Notes under the pieces: generated by a model
Databases searched by the model: none
The model's input: the letters and a program-made list of their open reading frames with translations, nothing else
What the model was told of the DNA's origin: nothing
Translations under genes and position numbers: made by a program
Part shown: piece by piece, positions 12,860-26,630 of the stretch
Numbering within the stretch: the stretch's first letter is position 1
How the letters are laid out: the number at the start of each line of letters is the position of its first letter
Origin: Octopus vulgaris
Lineage: Eukaryota
DNA: 64,000 bases
Assembly (NCBI GenBank): GCA_951406725.2
Contig: OX597828.1
Location: 67,952,001-68,016,000, forward strand
Direction: 5' to 3'

Positions 12860-13800
12860 CCAGTATGGCTTCAACAAAGCCAGATCCATTGGTGGCCTGC
12901 TGTTCTGTCACTTACCAGCTGGATTTTACTCCAGAGAGCAATTTGATAAAAGCAATGTGGTTGCCTTAGACTTCAGCATATCCTTCCACCATATCTGGCA
13001 TGCAAAATCTATTAAAACTTCCTACCCACACTCTCTGTTCTTCTCTCATCTCTTGTCTGTAGCTTCTGATCAGATTGTACTAGCATAAGATCTGGTCATC
13101 AAATCTAAGTAAAGATTTCAAACTTAAAATCTTCAAAGCCACAGTCGAACCAATTCTACTATATGGCTCAGAAATCTGGACGTTATCAAAGAAGCTTGAG
13201 AGGCGGTTGGATGGAACTTACACTCACCTCCTTATCAGAGCTCAAAATCTCTCGTGGAAGCGTCATCCAACCAAAGTACAAATATATGGGAAACTACCAC
13301 CTGTATCATCTCTTGTGAAAGGTAGGAGAGTCCAGTTTGCTGGTCATTGTTGTAGAGCTGAAAACGAGGTAATTTCTACTCTTCTCCTCTGGAAGCCATT
13401 ATGTCGCAGTACCAGAGGGCACACACTCTCCTACCCTGATGTAATCTCCAGGAATACAGGCATCCAGCAACAGGACCTCCGTAATGCTATGATGGACCGT
13501 GAAGTCTGACGTAACATAGTAAATTCCATTGTTTCGACCATGGTCGAACAATGAATGAATGACGCATACTACTTGTTGACTGAGCTTTTCTGTTCCACTC
13601 TCTGTCAACCCTAATGGTCCCTCGATTTTGGTTTTGACCCCTTTGCCTTACTCTCTTATTCATATATGATTGGCTTGCATAGCACCACATTCAGCAACAC
13701 ATCTTTTAGCAGATGACACAACTCTCCACCCCCCACCCCAACCATGCATCACCCACATGCAATGTAGACACCCTCATGCTAAACCTGCACTGATTCTATG
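12860..13800 (+). pseudogene. Highly decayed CR1/Jockey-group LINE reverse transcriptase fragment, interrupted by an RTE insertion
   Basis: VVALDFSISFHHIWH (like ALDISKAFDRVWH) before the insertion; GVPQGS-like stretch and ADDTTL after it. Confidence 0.6.
13088..13563 (+). mobile_element. 5'-truncated RTE-clade LINE (ORF C-terminus plus (ATGA)n tail)
   Basis: IWSSNLSKDFKLKIFKATVEPILLYGSEIWTL...RRVQFAGHC...LLLWKP...MMDREV; flanked by GCATA repeats. Confidence 0.85.
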
Positions 13801-13952
13801 AATAGGAACCTTCAGTGAGGCTGTTCTAACCAAAACGGAATTGACCCCACCTCAAAAAAAAAAAAATAGAAAGAAAGAAAAAGAAAGAGCAACCCAATAT
13901 CAAAGAACCACAAGCACACCATTATAATAACACAAGTGGTATTCAGCTCCAT

Positions 13953-14155
13953 AAGGCAGTGAGATGGCAGAAACGTTAGCACACCGGGCGAAATACTGAG
14001 CGGTATTTCGACTGTCTTTACGTTCTGAGTTCAAATTCCGCCGAGGTCAACTTTGCCTTTCATCCATTCGGGGTCAATAAATTAAGTACCAGTTACGCAC
14101 TGGGGTCAATGTAATCGACTTAATACCTCGGTCTGTCCTTGTTTGTCCCCTCTAT
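13953..14155 (+). mobile_element. tRNA-derived SINE family A
   Basis: A-box-like tggcagaaacg, B-box-like gagttcaaattcc, shared core. Confidence 0.85.
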
Positions 14156-14226
14156 GTTATATATATATAATGGGAAGGTTTACGAAAATAAACAAAAGAC
14201 GAAGGCAGGTGGAGTACAAACAAACA

Positions 14227-14257
<31 letters not shown>

Positions 14258-14258
<1 letters not shown>

Positions 14259-14616
14259 ATCATCATCGTTTAACGTCCGCTTTCCATGCTAGCATGGGTT
14301 GGACGATTTTGACTGAGGGCTGGCAACCAGATGGCTGCACCAGGCTCCAGTCTTGATTTGGCAGAGTTTCTACAGCTCGATGCCCTTCCTAACACCAACC
14401 ACTCCGAGAGTGTAGTGGGTGCTTTTTACGTGCCACCGGCACGGGGGGCCAGTCAGGTGGTACTGGCAACGACCTCGCTCAAATCTTTTTACACATGCCA
14501 CCAGCACAGGTGCCAGTAAGGCAACGTTGGTAACGATCATGCTCGAATGGTGCCCTTTTACGTGCCACTGGAAGCCAGTTTGCTGCTCTGGCAACGATCA
14601 CACTCGGATGGTGCTC
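14258..14616 (-). mobile_element. RTE LINE family B 3' UTR fragment with (GAT)n tail
   Basis: Colinear with the 3' end of the ORF-bearing copy at 28655-30333. Confidence 0.85.
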
Positions 14617-15013
14617 TAGATCTGATGTTTATGGCCTGCAGTGGGCACATTAATTAAGATATATATATATATATCATTTGAATGTGTCTTCCGTGCTGGC
14701 ATGGGTTGAGCCATTTGACAGGAACTGAAAAGTTAGAGGCTCACGTCATGCTCCAGTGTCTGCTTTGGCATAATTTCTATGGCTGGATGCCCTCCTTCCT
14801 GCATGAAGTTGAGAGAAACACAGACAAGAAATATATTTTGGCCAAGTTCAACCTCATGAGAAGTCACTACCTAAAAGAAAAGTTGAATTAATTAACAAAT
14901 CTCATTGATTTACTGCCTTATTGAGATAGTTTGGATTACTACACTGCTTGGTCAATATCACACCACCTGATACCAACACCACTACTATCTGGTTTTTAGA
15001 ATGATGTCTTTAA

Positions 15014-15235
15014 CCCATTAGCATTTAAACCGGTTATGTCCAGCCAAAAGTATTCTACCTGTTTTATGCTCAAACTGGCCAGATCTGATCTCTCACACCA
15101 ACCCTACAAGATCATTTTAAAAATTAATAGCTACCTCATTGAAATCTCATAGCACCAAGATCATGCCTGATTAGTTCAAGGCAATGTAGATAAAAAAGGA
15201 TTAATTTTGGCAGAATAATGCGAACACTAAAAGGG
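15014..15235 (+). mobile_element. piggyBac-like MITE (TTAA|CCC...GGG|TTAA)
   Basis: TTAA TSD, short TIRs; an inverted second copy lies at 56356-56569. Confidence 0.85.
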
Positions 15236-16056
15236 TTAATGAAGTTCCTTTCATTGCAAACATTCAGATGAGACAGTTCCCTTCCTGCAAATGGGTCAGT
15301 TTGGATATGAGCCACTTTAATCCCACCCGACCAAGAAGGCTTACACAGTACCTCCTTCTCTCTGCCTGTCAATGTTTTTTCCTGCATGGTCAGACTGGAC
15401 ATTTGCCGCATAAATCTCACCAGACTGGGAAAGCAGACGAAGTTCATGGTTCAGGTGTTGGTGATGTTGGTAACAATGATGCTTAAAACCAGGCAATGGA
15501 TTAATGAAGTCTTCTACTGGATCTGTATATTTCTAGCAGATCACTTGACCACATAGAGGTGCCATTGTTGGCTTCTTGACAGTATGTTGTTAATTATAAT
15601 GGTACTAATTGGTAGGAATAGCGAAGTAATTAAATATCAGGTGATCATAGGCTGCACTGACACACAAAAAACAAAAAAATAGGAACTAAAGTCAGTGACT
15701 TACCTGGTGGTTGTTAGTTAATAGAACAATAACAACACCATTTTACTGTTATTGGGTTAAAGACAGAGAGAAACACACAATACAATCACATACACACATG
15801 CAAGCTTATACATGCGTGTGCATACGCACATACACACACACACAAATATATAGATATACTCACATAGACACATGCATAAACTCACATAAACATATCCATA
15901 GATCCACACACACACACACATATAGACTCACACAAGCACACAAACACCCAATCCTTTATGAATTTCATTGTCTTATAGTTTTCCCTATGTAACTTTTTTT
16001 TTTCTATTGAATCAGTTGAGCATCAGGTAAAATGCCTTGTGGTATTTGTTCACACT

Positions 16057-16269
16057 GGTGGCAAGCTGGCAGAAACGTTAGCACGCCTGGTGAAATGCGT
16101 AGCCGTATTTCGTTTGCCGTTATGTTCTGAGTTCAAATTCTGCCGAGGTCAACTTTGCCTTTCATCCTTTTGGGGTTTATAAATTAAGTACCAGTTAATC
16201 AACTTTATCCGTTTGTCTGTACTTGTTTGTCCACTCTGTGTTTAGCCCCTTGTGGGTAGTAAAAAAATA
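16057..16269 (+). mobile_element. SINE family A nested in an older SINE, 16-bp TSD
   Basis: GGTATTTGTTCACACT / GGTATTTTTTCACACT flanks. Confidence 0.85.
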
Positions 16270-17011
16270 GGTATTTTTTCACACTCTTTACATTCTGAGT
16301 TCAAATCCACCAAAGTCAACAGCCCCATGATAATTACCTTCTTTCCCCATGACCAGTTTTGGAACCCCTTCTAAAGGATCATAAAGTGCTGCCTTTCTAT
16401 GATAAGCTATGAAGAAGAAAAAAAAACAGTAATGATACCCAATTAATATATCTACACATCCTTACTGACACCCCTTATTACTTCAATTTAGTTAAATCTG
16501 ATACACCTGTCCCCACCTCCCCTAGCATCATCTAATACATTTCACCTCTACTGTTAATACCCTTCTCCTCCACCACCTCCTCCTGACCCTTAAAAATTTA
16601 GAAAAACAGGGTTTTTTTGTTTTTTTTTTAATTGGGAAATGGTGATGTATATAGGGGTGGGGAGTTATTTTGTTTTTTTTTTGTTTTACCTTTTTTTCTG
16701 TTCAGTTTGAACCTTAATTTTTGTGTATACACATACACACATTTTCAGTCCTATCAATATAAGTTTATAACACACACACACACACATATATATAGTATAC
16801 ACACACACATATACATGAATACATATATACACGTGCAGCTCCCAGCCTTAGCAGCTCTGGTCAAACCATCCAACTCATGCTAGCATGGTGAAGAGACTTT
16901 AAATAATGATGATGATGATGATGATGTATATACACATATTTACATGTATACATATATATACATACGCATAGACATATATAGACCTGCCTACATTCATACT
17001 TACAAATATAT

Positions 17012-17449
17012 CTATTTCTTTATTACCCACATGGGGCTAAAAACAGAGGGGACAAACAAGGACAGACAAACAGATTAAGTCGATTATATCGACTCCAGTG
17101 CGTAACTGGTACTTAATTTATCGACCCCAAAGGATGAAAGGCAAATTCGACCTCGGTGGAATTTGAACTCAGAATGTAACGGCAGACGAAATTCCTATTT
17201 CTTTACTACCCACAAGGGGCTAAACACAGAGAGGACAAACAAGGACAGACAAACGGATTAAGTCGATTATATCGACCCCAGTGCGTAACTGGTACTTAAT
17301 TTATCGATCCCGAAAGGATGAAAGGCAAAGTCGACCTCAGCGGAATTTGAACTCAGAACATAACGGGGCGGAATTTGAACTCAGAACGTAACGGCGGCTA
17401 CGCATTTTGCCCGGCATGCTATCCTTTCTGCCAGCTCGCTGCCTTAATA
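17012..17449 (-). mobile_element. SINE family A with internal tandem duplication, 11-bp TSD TACAAATATAT
   Basis: Two tandem bodies and one head between one TSD pair. Confidence 0.85.
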
Positions 17450-18104
17450 TACAAATATATTCTACACACACACACAAACACTCACATATATGCAACTATC
17501 CAAACAATTAATATGTGAAATATGGAAAGAAAATTCTGACCGGACATGAAAAGCAGCTGTTTGCGTTGTGATTGTATTATCTTCTATCAAAGTCCAGTTG
17601 AGGTTTCTATTTTTAATAAACTATAATTAGCTATAATTAGTCACTAATATACCATACTTGAAGTAATTTCTATTTTGAGGCACAGGGATGACCCATTTTA
17701 GTTTAAGTGCAAAAGTGTTAATTGGTCATTTACAAATTAAAAAGAAAATATATTTTTGCTGTAGTGTCAACATTGTGTGCCCCAGCTTGGCCATAGTCCA
17801 ATGACTGAAACAGGTAATAAAAGAGACACTCCAAAGATTTGGAATTTTTTTTGTTTGTTTTTGTTTTTCTTCTACTTTTAATGGACAGGAGAGAAGAATT
17901 TCAGGTTTTATGACATTCGTGCACCTTATCTCCTTTCCTTTAGAAAAACTGTTGGGGCTTCTTTGGGGGTTAAAATAACGTACAGGTAGAAATGGGATAC
18001 CTTTTTAATTTTTTTGTCTTTTTTTTTTAACTTGTTTCAGTCATTGGACTGTGAAACTTGGTGGTGGTGGTGGTGGTGACAGGAGTAGTGATAGTGTGGC
18101 ATCC

Positions 18105-18540
18105 GTTGCTAGTGGAGCGCTAAGAGTACCATACGAGTGAGATCGTTGCCAGAGCAACAAGCTGGTCTTTGTGCCGATGGCATGTTAAGCACACCATTCG
18201 AACATGATCGTTACCGCGTTGCCTTTCTAGCACTTGTGCTGGTGGCACGTGAAACATTCGAGCGAGGTCGTCGCCAGTGCCGCTGGACTGGCTCCTGTGC
18301 AGGTGGCACATAAAAAGCACCATTTTGGCGTGGCCGTTGCCAGTACCACCAAACTGGCCCTTGTGCTGGTGGCACATAAAAGCACCCACTACACTCTCGG
18401 AGTGGTTGGCATTAGGAAAGGTATCCAGATGTAGAAACTCTGCCAGATCAGATTGGAGTCTGGTTCGCCAGCCCACAGTCAAATCATCCAACCCATGCCA
18501 GCATGGAAAGCGGACGTTAAACGATGATGATGATGATGAT
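18105..18540 (+). mobile_element. RTE LINE family B 3' UTR fragment
   Basis: ~65-nt unit array, then ccaacccatgccagcatggaaagcggacgttaaac(gat)n. Confidence 0.85.
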
Positions 18541-19249
18541 GTGGTGGTGATAGTGGTGGTTGTGGTACTGGTGCAATTGTTACAATTGATATTTAACTTC
18601 TATGGTTGAGTAGACTGAAGATTAGAGACATTCCAACCATGGCTACCCCATCTTTTTTTTTTTTTCTTGACACTGTACATTACCCAATATGTTCCATTTT
18701 TTTTAAAGAAAATGATGTATTATTGGAAAGGGATTTGGCTGCTATTTATTGTATGTCAAGTAACCATGCAGAAGCTTTCCCATTGGCTTGTAGTCAGTAG
18801 TAGTAGTGGTGGTAGCAGTGGGGATAGCATTTGGAGCTAATCAACAGCAGCTGATTGTAAGGATGCTTGTCCTAAAATTAAGGATTTGGACATAGAATTC
18901 CTTAAAAACACTGAAGTCTTTGACAGGCCCACATGTGATAGAAACTTCTTGATTGGTTTCAGATTTTGACACAAGACCAGCAATTTTAAGGGAGGGCTGC
19001 TCTCAGATGAAACGTCTTTATTCTTATGTGGTTGCAGCAGATGAAGGACCAAGTGCCTACAGTAATGAAATACTATGGCACCCATACATGAGTTATGAGG
19101 GCACATAGTTGGGATTATCTGATCCCTGACTTAACTGGGTCCTTCACTGAAGCACTGTCACAATCTGGGGGAGGACCTTGCTTTTGTTATACAGGTGTAT
19201 GTCTTTATCATCAGGAGAGCCCTGGAAATAGGGATTGGGATCGTTGTCA

Positions 19250-19670
19250 AAGAAAATGTCAATGGCATGGATTTGTTTAAGGGAACCTTAACTTGCCAGG
19301 AAGTGACCCACACACTTGATTTCGTGACCTTCCTCTTATATGGAATGAGAACCTGCAGGATCCAGTTATGAAACTGCAACGAACTACTGCTGACCTGGTT
19401 ATAGTTTTGAGTAGCACCTTCTGTAGGATGTCCATCATGCATGATCCTCTTCATCTCCTGGTTCAACTGTTGAGGTCTGTTGTAATCATAACTACTTGTT
19501 CCGCTGTTAGGGCCTTTGGGGGTTGGTCGTGCTTAGTCTGGGTCCTTATCTTCAACCTTGCTGCCAAGGGTTGCCTACAAGGAGTTTAGAACTCCTGACT
19601 GCATCACTCTCAGTGTCATTGGTCGACACAAGCCCCTCCACCACGACAAGGAGTGACCACCAGAGGGGTG
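19250..19670 (-). mobile_element. Decayed 5' end of an RTE-type LINE
   Basis: Minus strand starts ccttgtcgtggtggaggggcttgtg...caatgac, like RTE 5' UTRs (recalled). VTSWQVK resembles the endonuclease TWNVR motif. Confidence 0.45.
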
Positions 19671-19764
19671 AAATAGTGATACTATATTGGTTAAAGGATG
19701 AAGTAAGGGAGGAAGCAGGGCAAGTGCTCATAGTCAATAACCATGTGTGTGTGAATTTATTTAT

Positions 19765-20555
19765 ATCATCATCTTCATTTAGCATCCATTGTCCATGCTG
19801 GCATGGTTTGACCAGGGCTCGCAAGCTGGAAGGCTGGACCCCCAGTCTGATCTGGCATGGTTTCTATGGCTCCTGCCCTTCCTAATGCCAACCACTCCAA
19901 GAGTATAACGGGTGCTTTTATGTGCCATTTGTGTGATACCAGTATCTGCCATGACTGCAATTTTACTTGGCTTGATGGGTCTTCTTCTCAAGCACAACAA
20001 AATATCAAAGGTCTCAGTCATTGCCCCCGTGAGGCCCAACACTTGAAAGGAGCTTTTCATGTACTACTGGCATTGGCCACTTTGCTTCCATGAGACTCAA
20101 ACAGTGCTTTTTACATGCCACCAGCATGGCATATGTGTGTATATATATATATATATATATCATCATCGTTTAACATCCGCCTTCCATGCTAGCATGGGTT
20201 GGACGGTTCAACTGGGGTCTGGGAAGCCTGAAGGCTGCACCAGGCCAGTCAGATCTGGCGGTGTTTCTACAGCTGGATGCCCTTCCTAACGCCAACCACT
20301 CTGTGAGTGTAGTGGGTACTTTTTATGTGCCACCGACACAGGTGCCAGACAAGGCTGGCGAACAGCCACGCTCAGACGGTGATTTTTATGTGCCACCAGC
20401 ACGGAGGCCAGGCGAGGCTGGCATGGCCTCGATCGGATGGTGTTTGTTACGTGCCACCAGCACGGAGGCCAGTTGATGCGGTGCTGGCTACGGCCATATT
20501 CGGATGGTGCTTTTTACGTGCCACCGGCACAGGTATCGTAACTACAATTTCCATA
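19765..20555 (-). mobile_element. Two tandem RTE family B 3' fragments; the first includes decayed ORF end LGLTGAMT
   Basis: (CAT)n starts at about 19765 and 20160; unit arrays present. Confidence 0.75.
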
Positions 20556-20613
20556 TGCATAGAGGTATATTGATACAAACAGGAAAAATAGAACTCAAAA
20601 TATGAGTAGATGT

Positions 20614-20750
20614 ATATTTTTATTAATATCTAGCAATAGTAACAGAGTGACTCAAGGTCTGAGAGTTTCGTGTGTTTGATAAATGCCAATGCATGAAACT
20701 CATGGACCTTGAGTTACTCTGTTACTTTTGCTAAATATTGATAAATATAT
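20614..20750 (+). ncRNA. Imperfect palindrome containing a decayed minimal hammerhead ribozyme motif (Penelope-like remnant)
   Basis: TTGATAA-ATGC(caat)GCAT-GAAA-CTCA(tggacct)TGAG-TT; the mirror arm reads GAAACTC..GAGTC. Confidence 0.55.
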
Positions 20751-20829
20751 ATATATGTATATCCAGTTCTTTTCTTAGTTTATATGTAATTTTCTAGATG
20801 GTGTAATTTAAAAGATGGTTTTTTCTAAT

Positions 20830-20878
<49 letters not shown>

Positions 20879-21924
20879 TATATTATATTATATTATATTA
20901 TGTGTTGTGTGTATGTTTGTGTTTCCTTGCCTTGACATCACACGATTGTTGTAAAATGATCAGACAGGCATATTTTGTGAGAACATGTCTAGACTTGGTG
21001 AAATATTACTTTGCTTGGAAACAAGCAAGATCTGGCAACAAGAAAGGCATCCAGCCATAGAAAACCTACCTCAATAAACTCCATCTGACTCATGCAAGCA
21101 TGGAAAAGGAGATGTTTAAAATAGATGTTAAAAGGAGATGTTAAAATCTTAAATAGTTCACAACACAATTGCTTCGACCACTGATGATCTTTCGTTGCCG
21201 AGAGACAACCAGGGGTTCAAAATTATTGTAGTGTGAACTATTAAATTTATAAAAAAAAAAATTACACTTGTATTTTGTATTGAGTACTACATATAAAAGT
21301 AATCAACTGCAATTGATCCAATTTCAGTGAAGTAAGACTAAAAGACGTAAAATTGATTTTGTTTCTGGTTTTCGTATTGGAAATATAAATATGAAGGGGA
21401 TGTGTGATCTGCCATAAACAAACGTTTTATTTAATAAGTAATATTTGGGTTTGATTGGGATGAAGGTTATGGAACTGTCTAGAATGATGCAACTCACAAT
21501 TCCTTACGGATCCCAACATATCCATTCCCAATGCATTTCAGGAACCTTGGCCTGGTTTGGCAGACAAAATAAAGTAAATCCTAAAATTGTGTGTCTATGT
21601 ATATATGTATGTGTGTAACTATCTGTATATGTATTTATATATCAAACACTGCAAGTACGCAAGCTCAAACATGCACGCATACAAATGCAAACAGGCACAC
21701 ATGCACACATATGCACGCGCATATATACATATGCACATACAGGCCTGAATATACATGCTCACAGGGACTCGTATGCACGGACACACGAACACACATCCAC
21801 ATGCACGACGCAAAGATGCTCTTATGGAAAGCACACCGCTGCACACATGCATGCACACACTGTGAAAGTATTGCAGGAGAGAAGCTTTAGCTGCCTACGT
21901 GACTACTTGATGTCATCAGTTCTT

Positions 21925-22200
21925 TTGTTGGTAGTAGTAGTAGTAGTGGTGGTGCATACGATGATAGCTGCAGTGGTGGTGGTGGTGGTGGTGGTAGTGA
22001 TGCAGGTTGTACTTACTGGCAATAGTAACAGCAGTGGTTGTAGTAGTAATGGTAGTAGCAGTAGTAGTGGTGGTGGTGGTGGTAGTGGTGGTTGATGTAG
22101 TGACTGGTGTTTGTAATGTAACGGTGGTGGTAGTAATGATGATTATGATGGTGTTTGTAGCAGAAGTAGTAGTGGTGGTCATAGTTTTAGTAATGTTAAT
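21925..22200. repeat. (GTA)/(GTG) trinucleotide low-complexity tract
   Basis: Direct inspection; explains the poly-V, poly-T and poly-H ORFs. Confidence 0.9.
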
Positions 22201-22261
22201 AATGGCGGTCATAATTTTGTAGTGGATGAAGGAGGCACAGGGCTTAAGGGTAGGGATGTTG

Positions 22262-22496
22262 TAAGGCGGCGAGCTGGCAGAAACGCTAGCACACTGGGCG
22301 AAATGCGTAGCCGTATTTCGTCTCCCGTTACGTTCTGAGTTCAAATTCCGCCGAGGTCGACTTTGCCCTTCATCCTTTCAGGGTCGATAAATTAAGTACC
22401 AGTTACGCTCTGGAGTCGATGTAATCGACTTAATCCGTTTGTCTGTCCTTGTTTGTCCCCTCTGTGTGTAGCCCTTTTGTGGATAGTAAAGAAATA
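22262..22496 (+). mobile_element. Young full-length SINE family A, 13-bp TSD GGTAGGGATGTTG, inside the head of an older SINE
   Basis: CpG-rich, near-consensus copy; TSD at 22249-22261 and 22497-22509. Confidence 0.9.
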
Positions 22497-22864
22497 GGTA
22501 GGGATGTTGCACTCATCCTCATAAGATAGTGGTTTCGATTCCTGGACCAAGCATTGTGTTCTTGAGCAATTCCTTTCATTTCACATGGCCAGAATTAGTG
22601 ATCCTGCAACATCCCATCAAGGGATGGGGAATATATACACCACTGAATTTGGAGAAACTGGCCATTAAGGGCCCATGGTGCAGGAAGGATATTCTGTTTA
22701 TTTATTTATTTTTTCTTTTAGTAGTGGTATCAGTTGTTATTGTACTGCATGGTTTGTGTTTTGTTCTTCTTACTCCAACACACTCTTTGTGATGGAACTA
22801 GGCCTCTGCACTCAAAAATCTGACCTCCTCAACATCCACTCACTTAGACACAGACACACGCATA

Positions 22865-24225
<1,361 letters not shown>

Positions 24226-24652
24226 TGTATTAGGTGTCAGCATGGCTGCGTAGTATCAAAGATCATTTCCCAACCACAGGGTTTTTGGATTCATTCCCAC
24301 TGTAAGGCAGCTTGGGGCTAAGTCTGTACAATAATCCCACATTAGCCTAAGTCTTTTCACTTTGCTAGTTGGAAACTGAAAACAAGCCTGTAATATTGTG
24401 CATATATATGTGTGTGTGTCTATATGTGTGTATATATATATTTGTTGTGAAAGCACATGGCCTTGTGATTGAGATGTTGGACTCAGGTACAACATCATTG
24501 CTCCGTGATACTTATTCTATCAACCTCAAAATTAGGAAAAGCAAAGTCAACCCCGGTAGAATTTGAACTCAAAACATAAAGTTTAAGTGCTGTTAAGTAT
24601 TTCACCTGGCATGCTAATGATTCTGTCAGTTTGCCACCTTTTTTCTGTCTTA

Positions 24653-24898
24653 ATCATCATCATCGTTTAACGCCCGCTTTCCATGCTAGCATGGGTTGGA
24701 CGATTTTGACTGAGGGCTGGCGAACCAGATCGCTGCACCAGGCTCCAATCTTGATCTGGTAGAGTTTCTACAGCTGGATGCTCTTCCTAATGCCAACCAC
24801 TCCGAGAGTGTAGTGGGTGCATTTTACGTGTCACTGGCACATGGACCGGTCAGGCAGTACTGGCAACGACCTTGCTCGAATCTTTTACACAGGTGCCA
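24653..24898 (-). mobile_element. RTE family B 3' fragment
   Basis: Same 3' terminus as the other copies. Confidence 0.85.
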
Positions 24899-25049
24899 AA
24901 GTTCTAATTTGACTTATAAAACTGAATAAAAAATTAGGTTGACTTATGAGAATGGATTTGATATGAGGAAACTACATGGATTTCATCTGGAAAGAAGGGT
25001 TCAATCACCAACAGCTGCTCAGAAGAGTCTTGTCCCAAACCAATACTCT

Positions 25050-25453
25050 CTCTTTTCTCTTTTACTTGTTTCAGTCATTTGACTGTGGCCATGCTGGAGC
25101 ACCGCCTTTAGTCGAGCAAATCAACCCTGGGACTTATTCTTTGTAAGCCCAGTACTTATTCTATCGGTCTCTTTTGCCGAACTGCTAAGTGACGTGGATG
25201 TAAACACACCAGCATCGGTTGTTAAGCAATGCTAGGGGGACAGACACACATACACATACATACATATACATATATATATATACATATATACGACAGGCTT
25301 CTTTCAGTTTCCATCTACCAAATCCACTCACAAGGCATTGGTCGGCCTGGGGCTATAGCAGAAGACACTTGCCCAAGATGCCACGCAGTGGGACTGAACC
25401 CGGAACCATGTGGTTGGTTAGCAAGCTACTTACCACACAGCCACTCCTGCGCC
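25050..25453 (-). mobile_element. Full-length tRNA-derived SINE family C (head ggcgcaggagtggctgtgtggtaag, internal microsatellite, tail gactgaaacaagtaaaagag)
   Basis: A/B-box-like head; matches the + strand copy at 27971-28228. Confidence 0.85.
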
Positions 25454-26278
25454 TATAAAGAATGCTTTACAACCAGAGCATATGTAAAAGAATTTACAAA
25501 AATGTTAATTATTCTTAACTGCTTTTCATCTAATTTCTGACTAAGTTAAATATAACTCTGCAGCCAATATCCAGCTTGTTTGCTTCCATTGTTATAATTC
25601 TTAGTATTTTGTTTGTCATAAGACATAAAGGTCTCATGGGATGGTGTGAATCTGTGCCACAGGCCTGTTGATTGTCGTAGTTTAGAAACACTCCTAGGTT
25701 TACTCTGATTCCAAATATTTGCCAAGGGTGCTGAGTTTGTGAACCAGGAAGCCATGGAATTGCATAAACATAAACTTGCACTTATTAGTACATGCTACTG
25801 ACAATGAGGCAGAAGTGCATAGAAGGTATTCTTACTGGCTGCTGCTACAGGTGGATGAATTTCATCAGCTACAGGTATACTTTGTGTTTTTAAATACATA
25901 CATCCATAAGACACAATGTCTTTGGATGAAAACCACAGATTTACTTTTTCACAATGTATTTACATTGAGTATGATACACAGATGGCTGTTTGGTTCTAAT
26001 ACTACTTCTGTTGCATGTAACAGTTACATATATATGTATACATGTGTGTAGGAATGCTTACATTGTTTCTCTTGTGTTGAAAGAAGTGCATCATGTATAT
26101 ATGTGAAATATATATATACTTCCTTGCTTAGAAACAGGTGTGAGATTGGTGTTAGGATGGGCACCCGGCTGTAGAAAAGTCTGCCCTTGCATAATTTTGC
26201 CTTATACTTGCAAGCATGGGAAAGTAAACATTAAAACAAAGATGTGTATACATATAAGTATAGGTATATATGTTATAT

Positions 26279-26590
26279 AAGGCATGTGGTTTAGTGGGTA
26301 GGGTATTTGGCTGTCAGTTGTAAGGTCATGAGTTCAATTCCTGGTGGCAGGTTGAGTCCTTGAGCAAGACACTTTATTTCACATTACTCCAGTCCATTCA
26401 GCTGCCAAAAATTTGTAGTACCTGTAATTCAAACGGGGCCAGCCTTGTCACATTTTGTGTCATGTTCAGTCTCCTTGAGAACTACATTAAGGGTACAGAT
26501 GTTTGTAGAGTGCTCAGGCACTTACACATTAATTTTGCAAGCATGTTCTTCCATTGATCACATCAACTGGAACCCTCATCATCATAACCA
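26279..26590 (+). mobile_element. Older tRNA-derived SINE with tccttgagcaagacactt central motif
   Basis: gtggtttagtgg and gagttcaattcc boxes. Confidence 0.65.
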
Positions 26591-26630
26591 ATGCTGTGTC
26601 AGTATATACATATATATCTATATATGTTTA

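Noticed and set aside
22264-22352. tRNA gene
   Set aside because: A/B-box-like head of a multi-copy SINE with TSD; no proper cloverleaf
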